Shown piece after piece: positions 47,533-57,039 of a stretch of 64,000 nucleotides of DNA (positions are counted from its first letter, which is position 1; every line of letters starts with the position of its first letter). Below the pieces are notes generated by a model. It saw only the letters and a list, made by a program, of their open reading frames with translations, searched no databases and had not been told where the DNA came from. The stretch spans positions 47,079 to 111,078 of the forward strand of contig CAYLPY010000002.1 in the NCBI GenBank assembly GCA_964385795.1, written 5' to 3'. Source of the stretch: an uncultured Muribaculaceae bacterium. Its GTDB lineage: Bacteria > Bacteroidota > Bacteroidia > Bacteroidales > UBA932. A program made the translations under genes and the position numbers.

Positions 47533-48515
47533 TGGCGCAGACTTTTTCTGAGCTTGGCCGTGTGGAAGCCATACGGCAGCTTTTTGAAGGCAGCGGATAC
47601 ACTCCTTTCGGGGAGCCTCTGCGCAGTGCTGCGGAAGCAGGGGAAAGTGTCTTTGCATCGAGGCTTTTCCTCGAGGGGACGGATTTCAGTCTCGTCTACT
47701 TCCCACTTAAGCATCTCGGCTACAAATGCGTCGTGGCTGTAACAGGGGAGCTTTATGCCTCGATGGCCCATACGAGAACTCTTTCCGTAGTGCTCGGTAT
47801 CTCGGCGAAGCTCGACTACGAGCAGATTTCCGAGCTCTGGGAGGGTGTCGTCACTGCGGCTCACGAGCACGGCTACGCTTCTCTCTCTCTGGATCTGGTC
47901 CCGTCGCGCAACGGACTTGCTATAAGCGTTTCGGCGACTGGTCTATCCGCGACTGTGGAGCGCGGCAGGCCGGAGAGCAAGGATCTCCTCTGCGTGTCGG
48001 GCAGTCTCGGTGCTGCCTATCTCGGACAGCAAGCTCTCGAACATGAGAGAAAGGACCTCGAGACATACAAGATGCTTGTGAAGGCCTATCTTAAGCCTGA
48101 ATTAAGCCCTGGAACGGTTACGCAGGCGGTGAGTGGTGGAATTATACCTTCGTACTCTTATCTTGTCTCCAGGGGGCTTTCTGATGCTGTTTTGAGGCTG
48201 CGTAGGGACAGTGGCCTCGGCGTAAAGATATATGCTGACAAAATTCCGTTCGAGGGCAACAGTTTCGCACTCGGAAAAGAACTCGATATTGACCCTGTCT
48301 CCGCCGCGATGAACGGAGGGGATGATTTCCGGTTACTTTTCGTGGTGCCGATAGCTCGCTACGAAGATTTAAGGCGTGAGTTCGGCGGTTTCGACATAAT
48401 CGGGCATCTTGCCCGTCCGGAGGTGGGAGCAGTGCTTGTTACTCCAGACGGACTGGAGCATCGCATCTCGGCGCAGGGCTGGCAAGAAGAGGAGCAGAAG
48501 CCTCTGTTTTCATAG
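47532..48515 (+). CDS. ThiL (thiamine-monophosphate kinase)-like protein with degenerate active site
   Basis: Scaffold motifs YFPLKHLGYK, LCVSGSLGAAYLG, LKPE, AMNGGDDF.LLF.VP, AQGW retained; GDD, TD, NxSD and DxSDG acidic residues lost. Confidence 0.8.
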   Translation: MAQTFSELGRVEAIRQLFEGSGYTPFGEPLRSAAEAGESVFASRLFLEGTDFSLVYFPLKHLGYKCVVAVTGELYASMAHTRTLSVVLGISAKLDYEQISELWEGVVTAAHEHGYASLSLDLVPSRNGLAISVSATGLSATVERGRPESKDLLCVSGSLGAAYLGQQALEHERKDLETYKMLVKAYLKPELSPGTVTQAVSGGIIPSYSYLVSRGLSDAVLRLRRDSGLGVKIYADKIPFEGNSFALGKELDIDPVSAAMNGGDDFRLLFVVPIARYEDLRREFGGFDIIGHLARPEVGAVLVTPDGLEHRISAQGWQEEEQKPLFS

Positions 48516-48551
48516 GCAGGCCTTCTTCAGCCGACGTTGGCCGACATTCAG

Positions 48552-48583
48552 GCAGGATGACCTTCGGGCCACCCTGCTTTTTT
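48552..48583 (+). terminator. Intrinsic terminator after glyQS-thiL-like
   Basis: GCAGG..CC-TTCG-GG..CCTGC followed by a T-run. Confidence 0.6.
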
Positions 48584-51500
48584 ACGAGGTTTTGTTGGTG
48601 TTGATGCTGTAAGTGACGCCGAGATTGGAAAGAGCGTCCACCAGATTCTGGCACACGCAGACAGACACGCTCTTGGATCTGAACGGTATTTTGTAGCCCG
48701 TGGCGGCATCCCATAGATGGATGGAGAGGGTGGTCTTGCCCTTGAATGCCTTGAGTTTCTTTACGAGATTCTTCCTGAACTCCTCCGAAAGCTGCTCCGA
48801 GGTGAGGTTGATGACTATTTCCGAGATTCTCTCAGTACCGACGTTGCCGAGCAGAGAGACCTTGCCTATCCTGAACGTGTACGGGACCTTTTTCCCCTGC
48901 TCTCTCTCTTCTGGCTTGATGAAGAACCTCGGCTTTACTTCACCCTCCACGAGAATCAGGTTGTGCAGCTGCATATACGGGATGAACGACTCGTATTCTT
49001 TGCCGAAAAGCATCAGCGAGCCGTTGCCCTCGTAGTCCTCTATGGTTATCTTCGCTCCAGGAGAACCATTCTTGGATATCATTGTCTTGAAGTCCGTTAT
49101 AATTCCGGCTATGGCAATTTTCTGGATCTTGTCCGTCCTTTCTGCTTCTTCAATCTTGGCGGAGATGCCGCCGGCGGGGCAGTTGGCGAAGGTCTCTATC
49201 TCGAACCTGTACTGGTCCAGCGGGTGGGATGAGAGATACATGCCGACATATTCCTTCTCCATCTGAAGAAATCTCAGGCTGTCTTCTTCGCCGATGAACA
49301 GCGGGGCTTCCGGGCGCACGGGCTTTATCTCCTCGTCGTCTCCGAAGAGAGAAGTCGCGCTGTCGAACTTGTCGTTGTTGTATAGCGTCGCGTATCTGAC
49401 GAGTTCGTCCACGAAGTCTTCACCGCTCTTGCCGGGGGTAAAGAACTGGCTGCGCTTAAGCCCGAAAGAGTCCAGAGCTCCTGAATAGATGAGGGTCTCG
49501 AGGTTGCGGCGGTTGAGGCTGCTCGCCATCCTTTCCACGAAGTCGTAGATATCTGTGAAATTGCCATTCTCGGTCCTCTCCCTGATGATACTTTCCACCA
49601 CGTTGTCTCCGAATCCCTTGAGTCCACTGAGACCGAAGCGCACGTCTCCCTGCCTATTGACGGAGAACTGGGGCTCGGACTCGTTGACGTCCGGGCTAAG
49701 TACCTTGATACCGCCCTTCTTGCAGTCCGCCATGATCTCCTTCATCTCGCTCATGTTGGCGGTGTTCTGCGTCAGGTTGGCAGCCTGGAACTCGGAAGGA
49801 TAGTGTGCCTTGAGCCAGGCGGTCTGGTAGCTCACCCAGGCGTAGCAGGTAGCATGGGACTTGTTGAAGGCGTACTTGGCGAAGGCTTCCCAGTCCTTCC
49901 AGATCTTCTCGAGCGTCTCCTGCGGATGTCCGTTGGCGAGAGCACCCTTCATGAAGGAGTCCTTGAGGGAATCGAGCACGTCCTTCTTCTTCTTTCCCAT
50001 CGCCTTGCGGAGTTTGTCGGCCTTGCCCTTCGAGAATCCTGCGAGCTTCTGCGAGAGCCTCATCACCTGCTCCTGATAGACTGTGACGCCGTAGGTCTCA
50101 TTGAGGAATTCCTCCATGGCCGGGAGGTCGTAGGTTATCTTGCTCGGGTCCTTCTTGCCCTCGATGAACTTCGGGATGTAATCCATAGGGCCAGGTCGGT
50201 AGAGGGCGTTCATGGCTATGAGGTCCTCGAATCTTTCCGGGTGCAGCTGTATTAGGTACTTCTGCATTCCTGGAGATTCGAACTGGAAGATGCTCTTGGT
50301 ATCTCCACGGGAGAAGAGGTCGAAGACTTCGGGGTCGTCGATAGGGATTTTCTCTATGTCGAAGTCCTTTCCGAAACGCTTCTTTATCAGGTCGAGGCAT
50401 CGGGTGATGATGGAGAGGGTCTTCAGTCCGAGGAAGTCCATCTTCAGCATTCCGACGTCCTCAATCTTGCTGCCTTCATACTGACTTACCCACACTTCCT
50501 GGTTTGTGGCCTTGTCCACTCCGGTGGTAATCGGGATGTAGTCTGTGAGGTTGCCGCGTCCGATGATCATCGCGCAGGCGTGGATGCCCGTCTGGCGGAT
50601 GCAGCCGTCGAGTTTGACGGCGTACTCGAGGACTTCCCTCACAAGTGGTCCGCCGTTCTCGTATTCGTTGCGCAGCTCGTTGATGTGCGTGACATAGTCC
50701 GCGAGTTTCTTGGAGTTGACATCCTCTCCCTTGCTGTTCTTGAACTCGACAGGGCCGTCAGGCACCATCTTGGCTAGCCTGTTGGACTCTGGTATCGGGA
50801 GGTCCGAGATGCGTGCGACGTCCTTGATGGCCAGTTTGGCAGCCATCGTGCCGAAGGTTACGACGTGGGAGATGTGGTCGGCGCCGTAGTGCTCCTGCAC
50901 GTACTGGATAACTCTGTAGCGGCCTTCATCGTCGAAGTCCACGTCTATATCTGGCATCGAGATACGTTCCGGGTTGAGGAAACGCTCGAAGAGAAGGTCG
51001 TAGCGGAGCGGGTCGAGATTGGTGATTCCGAGGCAGTAGGCCACGCAGGAGCCGGCCGCGGAGCCTCTTCCCGGCCCGACGGACACTCCGTTGTTGCGCC
51101 CCCAGTTGATGAAGTCCTGGACGATGAGGAAGTAGTCGGGGAATCCCATGTAGGAGATTGTCATCAACTCAAAGTGGATTCTCTCCTGCTGCTCATCGGA
51201 GAGCGTCTCGCCATAGCGGCGGTGCGCTCCGGAGTAGGTCTTGTGGCAGAGGAAAGCCACCGAACGGCAGAACTCGTCACCACGGTAGTTTTTTTGGACG
51301 ATGTTGCCGTCGTGGTCCTTCACAACCTCGTACTTGCCGTTCTCGATGATTTCGTCGTACCTTGCGAGGTGCTCGTCTATGTTGTCGAGGAAACTCTGGT
51401 CTATCTGGAACTTCGGCAGGACATGGCCGCGGTCGATGGGATAGCGCTCAATCTTGTTCAGGACCTCCATCGTGTTGTATATGGCCTCCGGATGGTCTGG

Positions 51501-52292
51501 GAATAACGAGAGCATCTCATCCTCGCTCTTGAGGTACTCCTGTTGGGTGTAGCGGAGCCTCTTGGGGTCGTTCATTATCGTGCCCGTGTTGATGCAGATG
51601 AGCCTGTCGTGTGCAGGTCCGTCCTCCCGCATCACGAAGTGCACGTCATTGGTGGCCACTACCTTGACTCCGTGCTTCTCTGCAAGGCGGAAAATCTCAT
51701 CGCAGTACTCCTTCTGCCTTTCGTAGATGTCGGTGGAGAGTCCGGGTACCTCTGTCCGGTGCAGCATCACCTCGAGGTAGTAGTCGTCTCCGAAGACTCT
51801 CTTGTGCCACTCGATGGCGTTGTCTGTGGCTTCGGTGTCGCCCGCGAGGATGTCCGTCGGGATTTCTCCGGAGATGCAGGCGGAGCAGCAGATGAGGTTC
51901 TCGTGGTATTTCTCGAGGACTTCGTGGCTGACCCGCGGCTTCTTGTAGTACATGCCCTCTATATGTCCCGTGGAGACTATTTTGATGAGGTTCTTGTAGC
52001 CGTCGTAGTTCTTGGCGAGGAGGATGAGGTGGTAGTACTTCTTGTGGTCGTTGTCTTTCAGCTTGTGGTCGTAGTGCCGTGTGACATAGATTTCGCAGCC
52101 GATTACTGGCTTCACGGACGGGAACTTGGCCGAGATGTCCATGAAGTCCTTAACGCCATACATATTGCCGTGGTCGGTGATGGCAAGTCCTGGCATTCCG
52201 AGCGCTTCAGCGCGTTTGAAAAGCTTGGAGATGTCGCTCATCCCGTCAAGGATGGAGTACTGGGTATGGACGTGAAGATGTACGAAAGACAT
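48582..52292 (-). CDS. dnaE: DNA polymerase III alpha subunit
   Basis: FVHLHVHTQYS, AITDHGNM, GRGSAAGS, MPDIDVD, KMDFLGL, AFNKSH; start ATG 52292 downstream of a -7 box. Confidence 0.98.
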   Translation of the reverse strand: MSFVHLHVHTQYSILDGMSDISKLFKRAEALGMPGLAITDHGNMYGVKDFMDISAKFPSVKPVIGCEIYVTRHYDHKLKDNDHKKYYHLILLAKNYDGYKNLIKIVSTGHIEGMYYKKPRVSHEVLEKYHENLICCSACISGEIPTDILAGDTEATDNAIEWHKRVFGDDYYLEVMLHRTEVPGLSTDIYERQKEYCDEIFRLAEKHGVKVVATNDVHFVMREDGPAHDRLICINTGTIMNDPKRLRYTQQEYLKSEDEMLSLFPDHPEAIYNTMEVLNKIERYPIDRGHVLPKFQIDQSFLDNIDEHLARYDEIIENGKYEVVKDHDGNIVQKNYRGDEFCRSVAFLCHKTYSGAHRRYGETLSDEQQERIHFELMTISYMGFPDYFLIVQDFINWGRNNGVSVGPGRGSAAGSCVAYCLGITNLDPLRYDLLFERFLNPERISMPDIDVDFDDEGRYRVIQYVQEHYGADHISHVVTFGTMAAKLAIKDVARISDLPIPESNRLAKMVPDGPVEFKNSKGEDVNSKKLADYVTHINELRNEYENGGPLVREVLEYAVKLDGCIRQTGIHACAMIIGRGNLTDYIPITTGVDKATNQEVWVSQYEGSKIEDVGMLKMDFLGLKTLSIITRCLDLIKKRFGKDFDIEKIPIDDPEVFDLFSRGDTKSIFQFESPGMQKYLIQLHPERFEDLIAMNALYRPGPMDYIPKFIEGKKDPSKITYDLPAMEEFLNETYGVTVYQEQVMRLSQKLAGFSKGKADKLRKAMGKKKKDVLDSLKDSFMKGALANGHPQETLEKIWKDWEAFAKYAFNKSHATCYAWVSYQTAWLKAHYPSEFQAANLTQNTANMSEMKEIMADCKKGGIKVLSPDVNESEPQFSVNRQGDVRFGLSGLKGFGDNVVESIIRERTENGNFTDIYDFVERMASSLNRRNLETLIYSGALDSFGLKRSQFFTPGKSGEDFVDELVRYATLYNNDKFDSATSLFGDDEEIKPVRPEAPLFIGEEDSLRFLQMEKEYVGMYLSSHPLDQYRFEIETFANCPAGGISAKIEEAERTDKIQKIAIAGIITDFKTMISKNGSPGAKITIEDYEGNGSLMLFGKEYESFIPYMQLHNLILVEGEVKPRFFIKPEEREQGKKVPYTFRIGKVSLLGNVGTERISEIVINLTSEQLSEEFRKNLVKKLKAFKGKTTLSIHLWDAATGYKIPFRSKSVSVCVCQNLVDALSNLGVTYSINTNKTS

Positions 52293-52296
52293 ATTG

Positions 52297-52304
52297 CAAA
52301 TATA
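52297..52304 (-). promoter_or_regulatory. -7 promoter box (dnaE), near-leaderless
   Basis: TATATTTG on the minus strand, 4 bp before the ATG. Confidence 0.6.
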
Positions 52305-52307
52305 CAC

Positions 52308-52349
52308 AAAAAGGACCCGACAGAAAAGATTTCGCCGGGTCCTTTTTAT
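52308..52349. terminator. Intrinsic terminator after secDF
   Basis: AAAAAGGACCCG...CGGGTCCTTTTT. Confidence 0.8.
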
Positions 52350-52367
52350 CGTGCGGTAAAGCTTTCG

Positions 52368-55300
52368 CTATTTCTTTTTTACAGCCTTGCGTGAAGCCTT
52401 CTTGGCGGCATCAAACATAATCGGAGTACCGATCATGATGGAAGCGTAGGTTCCGATGCAAACACCGAGGCAGAGCGCTACGGAAAGACCTCTGATGGAC
52501 TCACCTCCGAAGATTGCGATTGCAAGCATAGGGAGGAGAGTAGACACTGAGGTGTTCACCGTACGGGTGAGGGTCGCGTTGAGGGACTTGTTCACTGTCT
52601 GCGCGAAGTCGTCGTGCGGATGCAGGGCGAGATTCTCGCGGATACGGTCGAAGATGACCACGTTGTCGTTGATGGCGTATCCGATGATAGTCAGGATAGC
52701 CGCGATGAACGTCTGGTCGACATCGAGGTTGAACGGAAGGATGCCGCTGAACAGCGAGAAGAATCCGATTACGATGATGGCCGTATGGGCGAGGGATACA
52801 ACACCTCCGAGACCCCATATCCAGCCGCGGAAGCGGATGGCGATGTAGCCGAAGATTACAATCAGCGCGAGGATGATGGAGATGACCGCATTGCGCTTGA
52901 TGTCGTTGGCGATGGATGCTCCAACCTTGTCGGATGAGATGATACCGTTAGGGTTGTCGAGAGTTGAGGTGAACTCGTCGAGCGTGAGGTCATCGGAGTA
53001 GAAGCCCTTGAGTGACTCGTAGAGCATGCCCTCAATCTCTGAGTCGACAGTAGAAGACTCATCCTCGAACTTGTAGGAGGTGGTGATCTTCATCTGGCTG
53101 TCTCCACCGAACTGCTTCACTTCCACTGAAGAAGCGCTGACAGAAGGATCCGCTGCTGCAGCTTCCTCGAACACTTTGTTTGTGGACTGACGTACATCCT
53201 CGGCGGTTACCGGCTTGTCAAAGCGGACCACATAGGTACGGCCTCCGGTGAAGTCAACACCATAGGTGAATCCCTTGAAGCAGATAGAACCGATGGCGAT
53301 GAGGATGAGGAGTCCGGAAACGAGGTATGACCACTTCTTTCCGGAGAGGAAGTTGATCTTGGTGTTCTTGAGGAAGTTCTTGGTGAGTGAGGTCTCGAAA
53401 GAGATGCTCTTGCCTGCCTTGACGCGGTCGTCGAAGATGAGCCTTGTGACGAAGATAGAGGTGAGTACCGAGGTGATGATACCAATCATCAGCGTCGTTG
53501 CGAAGCCCTTGATAGGACCTGAGCCGAAGAAGAAGAGTACCAGACCGGTGAGGAAGGTGGTCACCTGACCGTCGATGATGGCTGAGTAGGCGTTGCGGTA
53601 ACCGTCGTGGATAGCCACGGACAGACCCTTACCTGCCTTGAGTTCCTCCTTGATACGTTCATAGATGATCACGTTCGCGTCGACTGCCATACCCATGGTG
53701 AGGACGAGACCTGCGATACCAGGCAAGGTGAGCACTGCACCGAACGCTGAAAGCGTACCGAAGAGCAGGACAACGTTGGAAAGAAGAGCGATGTCGGCTG
53801 CAACGCCGGCTCCCTTGTAGAAGAAAATCATGTAGAGGAGCACGCAGCAGAACGCGATGATGAAGGAAATGAGTCCGGAGTGGATGGAAGCGGCACCGAG
53901 TGAAGGTCCTACGACCTGCTCCTGAACGATGGTGGCAGGGGCAGGAAGCTTACCTGAGTTGAGTACGTTGGCAAGGTCGGTCGCCTCTTCTACGGTGAAA
54001 TTGCCGGTGATTGAAGATGAACCACCGGAAATCTCGGTCTGGACGGTAGGATATGAGTATACGGTGCCGTCGAGCACGATGGCCACCTGACGTCCGATGT
54101 TGTCTTTGGTAAGACGTGCCCAAGTGTTTGCGCCTTCGGCGTTCATGGTCATTGATACACCAGGAGTGCCTCCGCGGCTGTTCTCGTATTCAACGCGGGC
54201 GTTGGTGACTGAACCTCCGTCGAGAGGTGCCTTGCCGTCGCGTGAGGATGCCTTGATGGCGATGAGTTCATATACATTGCCTCCAGCAACCATCTGACTC
54301 GGCTTCACGGACCACATAGGGCGGAATTCAGCTGGGAACACGGATGCCACCTCAGGTGCATGGAGATAGCGATTGACGAGTGCGGTGTCAGCTGCTGAAG
54401 CGAAACCGATGCAGGCGTTGTCGCGGAAGTCACTTGGAGTGAGGACCGCGAAGAGCGGATTGGACTTCCTGTAGCTTTCGAGCTCGGCGTTGCTGCTTGC
54501 TGCATTGTTGAGCTCCTGGGCTACGATATCATCGGTGTCGGCCGACTTGCTTGCGGTTTCTTCAGCCTTTTCAGGCTCGTCTGCTGCGAGAGTCTGTGCG
54601 AGCACTGAATTTGCCTCCACGAGGTAAGGGGTAATCTCCTGCGCTGTATAGGTTGTCCAGAACTCGAGCGATGCGGTGCCCTGGAGCAGCTTGCGCACAC
54701 GCTCAGGTTCCTTCACGCCAGGGAGTTCGACGAGGATGCGTCCGGTGTTGCCGATCTTCTGGATAGAAGGCTGGGTGACACCGAAGCGGTCGATACGGTT
54801 GCGGAGCACGTTGAAGGAGTTCGCCACCGCGCTCTCCGCCTCGGACCTGATTACGCTGATGACCTGATCGTCGGAAGTCTCGGGGGTGATTCTGTCCTTC
54901 ATCTCGTAGGTGCCGAATATCGTGGCAAGCCTTGTGCCTCCGGAAGTCTCCTTCCATGCGTCAGCGAAGAGAGTGATGAAGTCGGACTGTGAGTTGACAC
55001 TCCGCTCCTTCGCAAGGGCGATGGCCTGCTGGAACGCAGGATTCTCACTGTTGTCCGCGAGAGCTCTCACGAGGTCCTCGAGCTGCACCTGCAGCATTAC
55101 GTTCATACCGCCCTTGAGGTCAAGTCCGAGGCTGATTTCCTGCTCGCGGACGCCCTTAAGGGTATACCAGAGATAAATCTTCTTGCTGGCGATGGAATCA
55201 GTGTAACGCAGGGTCTCTATCTTCCTGATAGAGTCAAGGTAGTAGGCCTTGTCGACATCCGGCACTTGACTGAATTCGGCTGTCTTCTGTACGTTCTCCA

Positions 55301-55427
55301 CAGCCCTTTCGCCGGCGGCGTCGGCCTTCTTCTCGTAGATGTTGGTCACGAGGGTGAAGGAAAGTTGCCACAGGCAGGCAAGAAGGAGGCAGATTGCAAT
55401 TAATCTGACGAAACCTTTATTGTGCAT
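52368..55427 (-). CDS. secDF: Protein translocase fused subunit SecDF
   Basis: LGLDLKGG, RIDRFG, AIVLDG, GMAVDANV, DFTGG, GYAINDNVVIFDRIRE. Confidence 0.97.
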   Translation of the reverse strand: MHNKGFVRLIAICLLLACLWQLSFTLVTNIYEKKADAAGERAVENVQKTAEFSQVPDVDKAYYLDSIRKIETLRYTDSIASKKIYLWYTLKGVREQEISLGLDLKGGMNVMLQVQLEDLVRALADNSENPAFQQAIALAKERSVNSQSDFITLFADAWKETSGGTRLATIFGTYEMKDRITPETSDDQVISVIRSEAESAVANSFNVLRNRIDRFGVTQPSIQKIGNTGRILVELPGVKEPERVRKLLQGTASLEFWTTYTAQEITPYLVEANSVLAQTLAADEPEKAEETASKSADTDDIVAQELNNAASSNAELESYRKSNPLFAVLTPSDFRDNACIGFASAADTALVNRYLHAPEVASVFPAEFRPMWSVKPSQMVAGGNVYELIAIKASSRDGKAPLDGGSVTNARVEYENSRGGTPGVSMTMNAEGANTWARLTKDNIGRQVAIVLDGTVYSYPTVQTEISGGSSSITGNFTVEEATDLANVLNSGKLPAPATIVQEQVVGPSLGAASIHSGLISFIIAFCCVLLYMIFFYKGAGVAADIALLSNVVLLFGTLSAFGAVLTLPGIAGLVLTMGMAVDANVIIYERIKEELKAGKGLSVAIHDGYRNAYSAIIDGQVTTFLTGLVLFFFGSGPIKGFATTLMIGIITSVLTSIFVTRLIFDDRVKAGKSISFETSLTKNFLKNTKINFLSGKKWSYLVSGLLILIAIGSICFKGFTYGVDFTGGRTYVVRFDKPVTAEDVRQSTNKVFEEAAAADPSVSASSVEVKQFGGDSQMKITTSYKFEDESSTVDSEIEGMLYESLKGFYSDDLTLDEFTSTLDNPNGIISSDKVGASIANDIKRNAVISIILALIVIFGYIAIRFRGWIWGLGGVVSLAHTAIIVIGFFSLFSGILPFNLDVDQTFIAAILTIIGYAINDNVVIFDRIRENLALHPHDDFAQTVNKSLNATLTRTVNTSVSTLLPMLAIAIFGGESIRGLSVALCLGVCIGTYASIMIGTPIMFDAAKKASRKAVKKK

Positions 55428-55461
55428 GATTATTACGTTAAATAATTTCCAAAATAGTTCG

Positions 55462-55519
55462 CAAAGTTAGTATTTTTATCAAAACAACGAAACTTTACCC
55501 CATGCTTTTTGTATATTTG
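55462..55519. promoter_or_regulatory. Divergent -7 promoter boxes (secDF / nfeD-floA)
   Basis: TAACTTTG minus 55462-55469; TATATTTG plus 55512-55519. Confidence 0.65.
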
Positions 55520-55542
55520 CCCGAACAACAAACAGTCTGAAT

Positions 55543-56013
55543 ATGTGGTGGATTACTACAGCCTTGATTCTTGCCGGCATCATTTTCATGTTGGTCGAGT
55601 TGCTGCTCATCCCTGGAGTGGGAATCGGAGGCTTTCTCAGCCTTGCCTCCCTCGGCGCGGCATGCTGGTACACTTTCGCGTACATAGGTTTTTCTGCGGG
55701 ATGGTGGGTGCTTTCGTGCACTCTCGTTCTTCTCGTCGTATGCATCGCGGTAGTCCTGAGGGCCAGGACATGGAAAAAGTTCGAACTCTCCACCGAGATC
55801 ACCTCCAAGGTCAATGTCGAGTCGTCGAGGGTACGCGCCGGAGACAATGGAGTCGCGAAGACACGTCTGGCCCCTATGGGTACTGGCAAGTTCGGTGAAG
55901 TACTCGTCGAGGTGAAGTCAGATGACGGTTCCCTCGTGGATGCCGGCACACCGGTCGAAGTCGTCTCGGTGGAAGGCAGCCAAGTCACAGTCAAACCAAT
56001 AACAGAACAATAA
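55543..56013 (+). CDS. Short NfeD-family membrane protein
   Basis: Three TM helices with ELLLIPG.G; C-terminal OB-fold (G...T.L.PMG.G). Confidence 0.88.
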   Translation: MWWITTALILAGIIFMLVELLLIPGVGIGGFLSLASLGAACWYTFAYIGFSAGWWVLSCTLVLLVVCIAVVLRARTWKKFELSTEITSKVNVESSRVRAGDNGVAKTRLAPMGTGKFGEVLVEVKSDDGSLVDAGTPVEVVSVEGSQVTVKPITEQ

Positions 56014-56014
56014 A

Positions 56015-56959
56015 ATGAGTCCAATTCTTCTCGCGGCGATAATCATCGTCGCACTTGTTATCCTCCTCTGGTTCTTCCCGGTGGCCTTGTGGTTCCAGGC
56101 AATCCTTTCCGGAGTATATGTGTCTCTCCTTCAGCTCGTCCTGATGAGGTGGAGAGGAGTCAACCCATACACGATAGTGATGGCGATGATAACCGGAACC
56201 AAGGCAGGCCTGACTCTGAAGGCCAACGAGCTGGAGGCGCACTATCTCGCCAAGGGAAACGTGACCAATGTGGTTATGGCACTCATCTCCGCCAACAAGG
56301 CCAACATAGCTCTGGACTTCAAGATGGCTTCCGCCATCGACCTTGCCGGCCGCGACGTGCTTGAGGCGGTGCAGATGTCGGTCAACCCTAAAGTCATCAA
56401 CACTCCTCCGGTGACGGCGGTTGCCAAGGATGGCATTCAGCTCATCGCGAAAGCCCGCGTTACCGTGCGTGCCAATATCAAGCAACTCGTCGGAGGTGCC
56501 GGAGAAGAGACTATCCTCGCGCGTGTGGGCGAGGGCATCGTCAGCAGCATCGGCTCTTCGGAGTCCCACAAGTCCGTGCTCGAGAATCCTGACAGCATCT
56601 CCAAGCTCGTGCTCAACAAGGGCCTCGACGCAGGGACGGCATACGAGATACTCTCCATCGACATCGCCGACATCGACGTCGGCAAGAACATCGGTGCCGT
56701 CCTCCAGATTGACCAGGCTGAGGCCGATAAGAACATAGCCCAGGCCCGTGCTGAGGAGCGCCGCGCCATGGCGGTGGCTCTCGAACAGGAGATGAAAGCT
56801 AAGGCGCAGGATGCACGTGCCAAGGTTATCGAAGCCGAAGCCGAGGTCCCTCTCGCTATTGCTGAAGCTTTCCGCAAGGGCAACATCGGGGTCATGGACT
56901 ACTACAAACTGAAGAACATTCAGGCCGACACCGACATGCGGGAGAACCTCTCGAAGTAA
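56015..56959 (+). CDS. floA: Flotillin-like protein FloA (YqfA, SPFH superfamily)
   Basis: [62 protein letters not shown]. Confidence 0.95.
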   Translation: MSPILLAAIIIVALVILLWFFPVALWFQAILSGVYVSLLQLVLMRWRGVNPYTIVMAMITGTKAGLTLKANELEAHYLAKGNVTNVVMALISANKANIALDFKMASAIDLAGRDVLEAVQMSVNPKVINTPPVTAVAKDGIQLIAKARVTVRANIKQLVGGAGEETILARVGEGIVSSIGSSESHKSVLENPDSISKLVLNKGLDAGTAYEILSIDIADIDVGKNIGAVLQIDQAEADKNIAQARAEERRAMAVALEQEMKAKAQDARAKVIEAEAEVPLAIAEAFRKGNIGVMDYYKLKNIQADTDMRENLSK

Positions 56960-56984
56960 CGGTGCACTTACCCTGGAAACTGAA

Positions 56985-57024
56985 GAACCCCGAAGGCCGG
57001 AGACGGTTTTCGGGGTTCCTTTTT
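56985..57024 (+). terminator. Intrinsic terminator (floA / malQ)
   Basis: GAACCCCGAAGGCCG-GAGA-CGGTTTTCGGGGTTC-CTTTTT. Confidence 0.85.
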
Positions 57025-57039
57025 CATGAGTCGGCGGGA

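Noticed and set aside
45964-47658. Long antisense ORFs (564 aa opposite glyQS; also 334-1755, 10909-12351, 16301-17374, 4547-5569 and many shorter ones)
   Set aside because: Shadow frames of GC-rich, codon-biased genes; no recognisable motifs and fully overlapping well-supported CDSs.
51230-51420. Intein or insertion element in dnaE
   Set aside because: The extra segment after the PHP domain is short, lacks intein splice motifs, and a similar-sized insert is usual in Bacteroidales DnaE.
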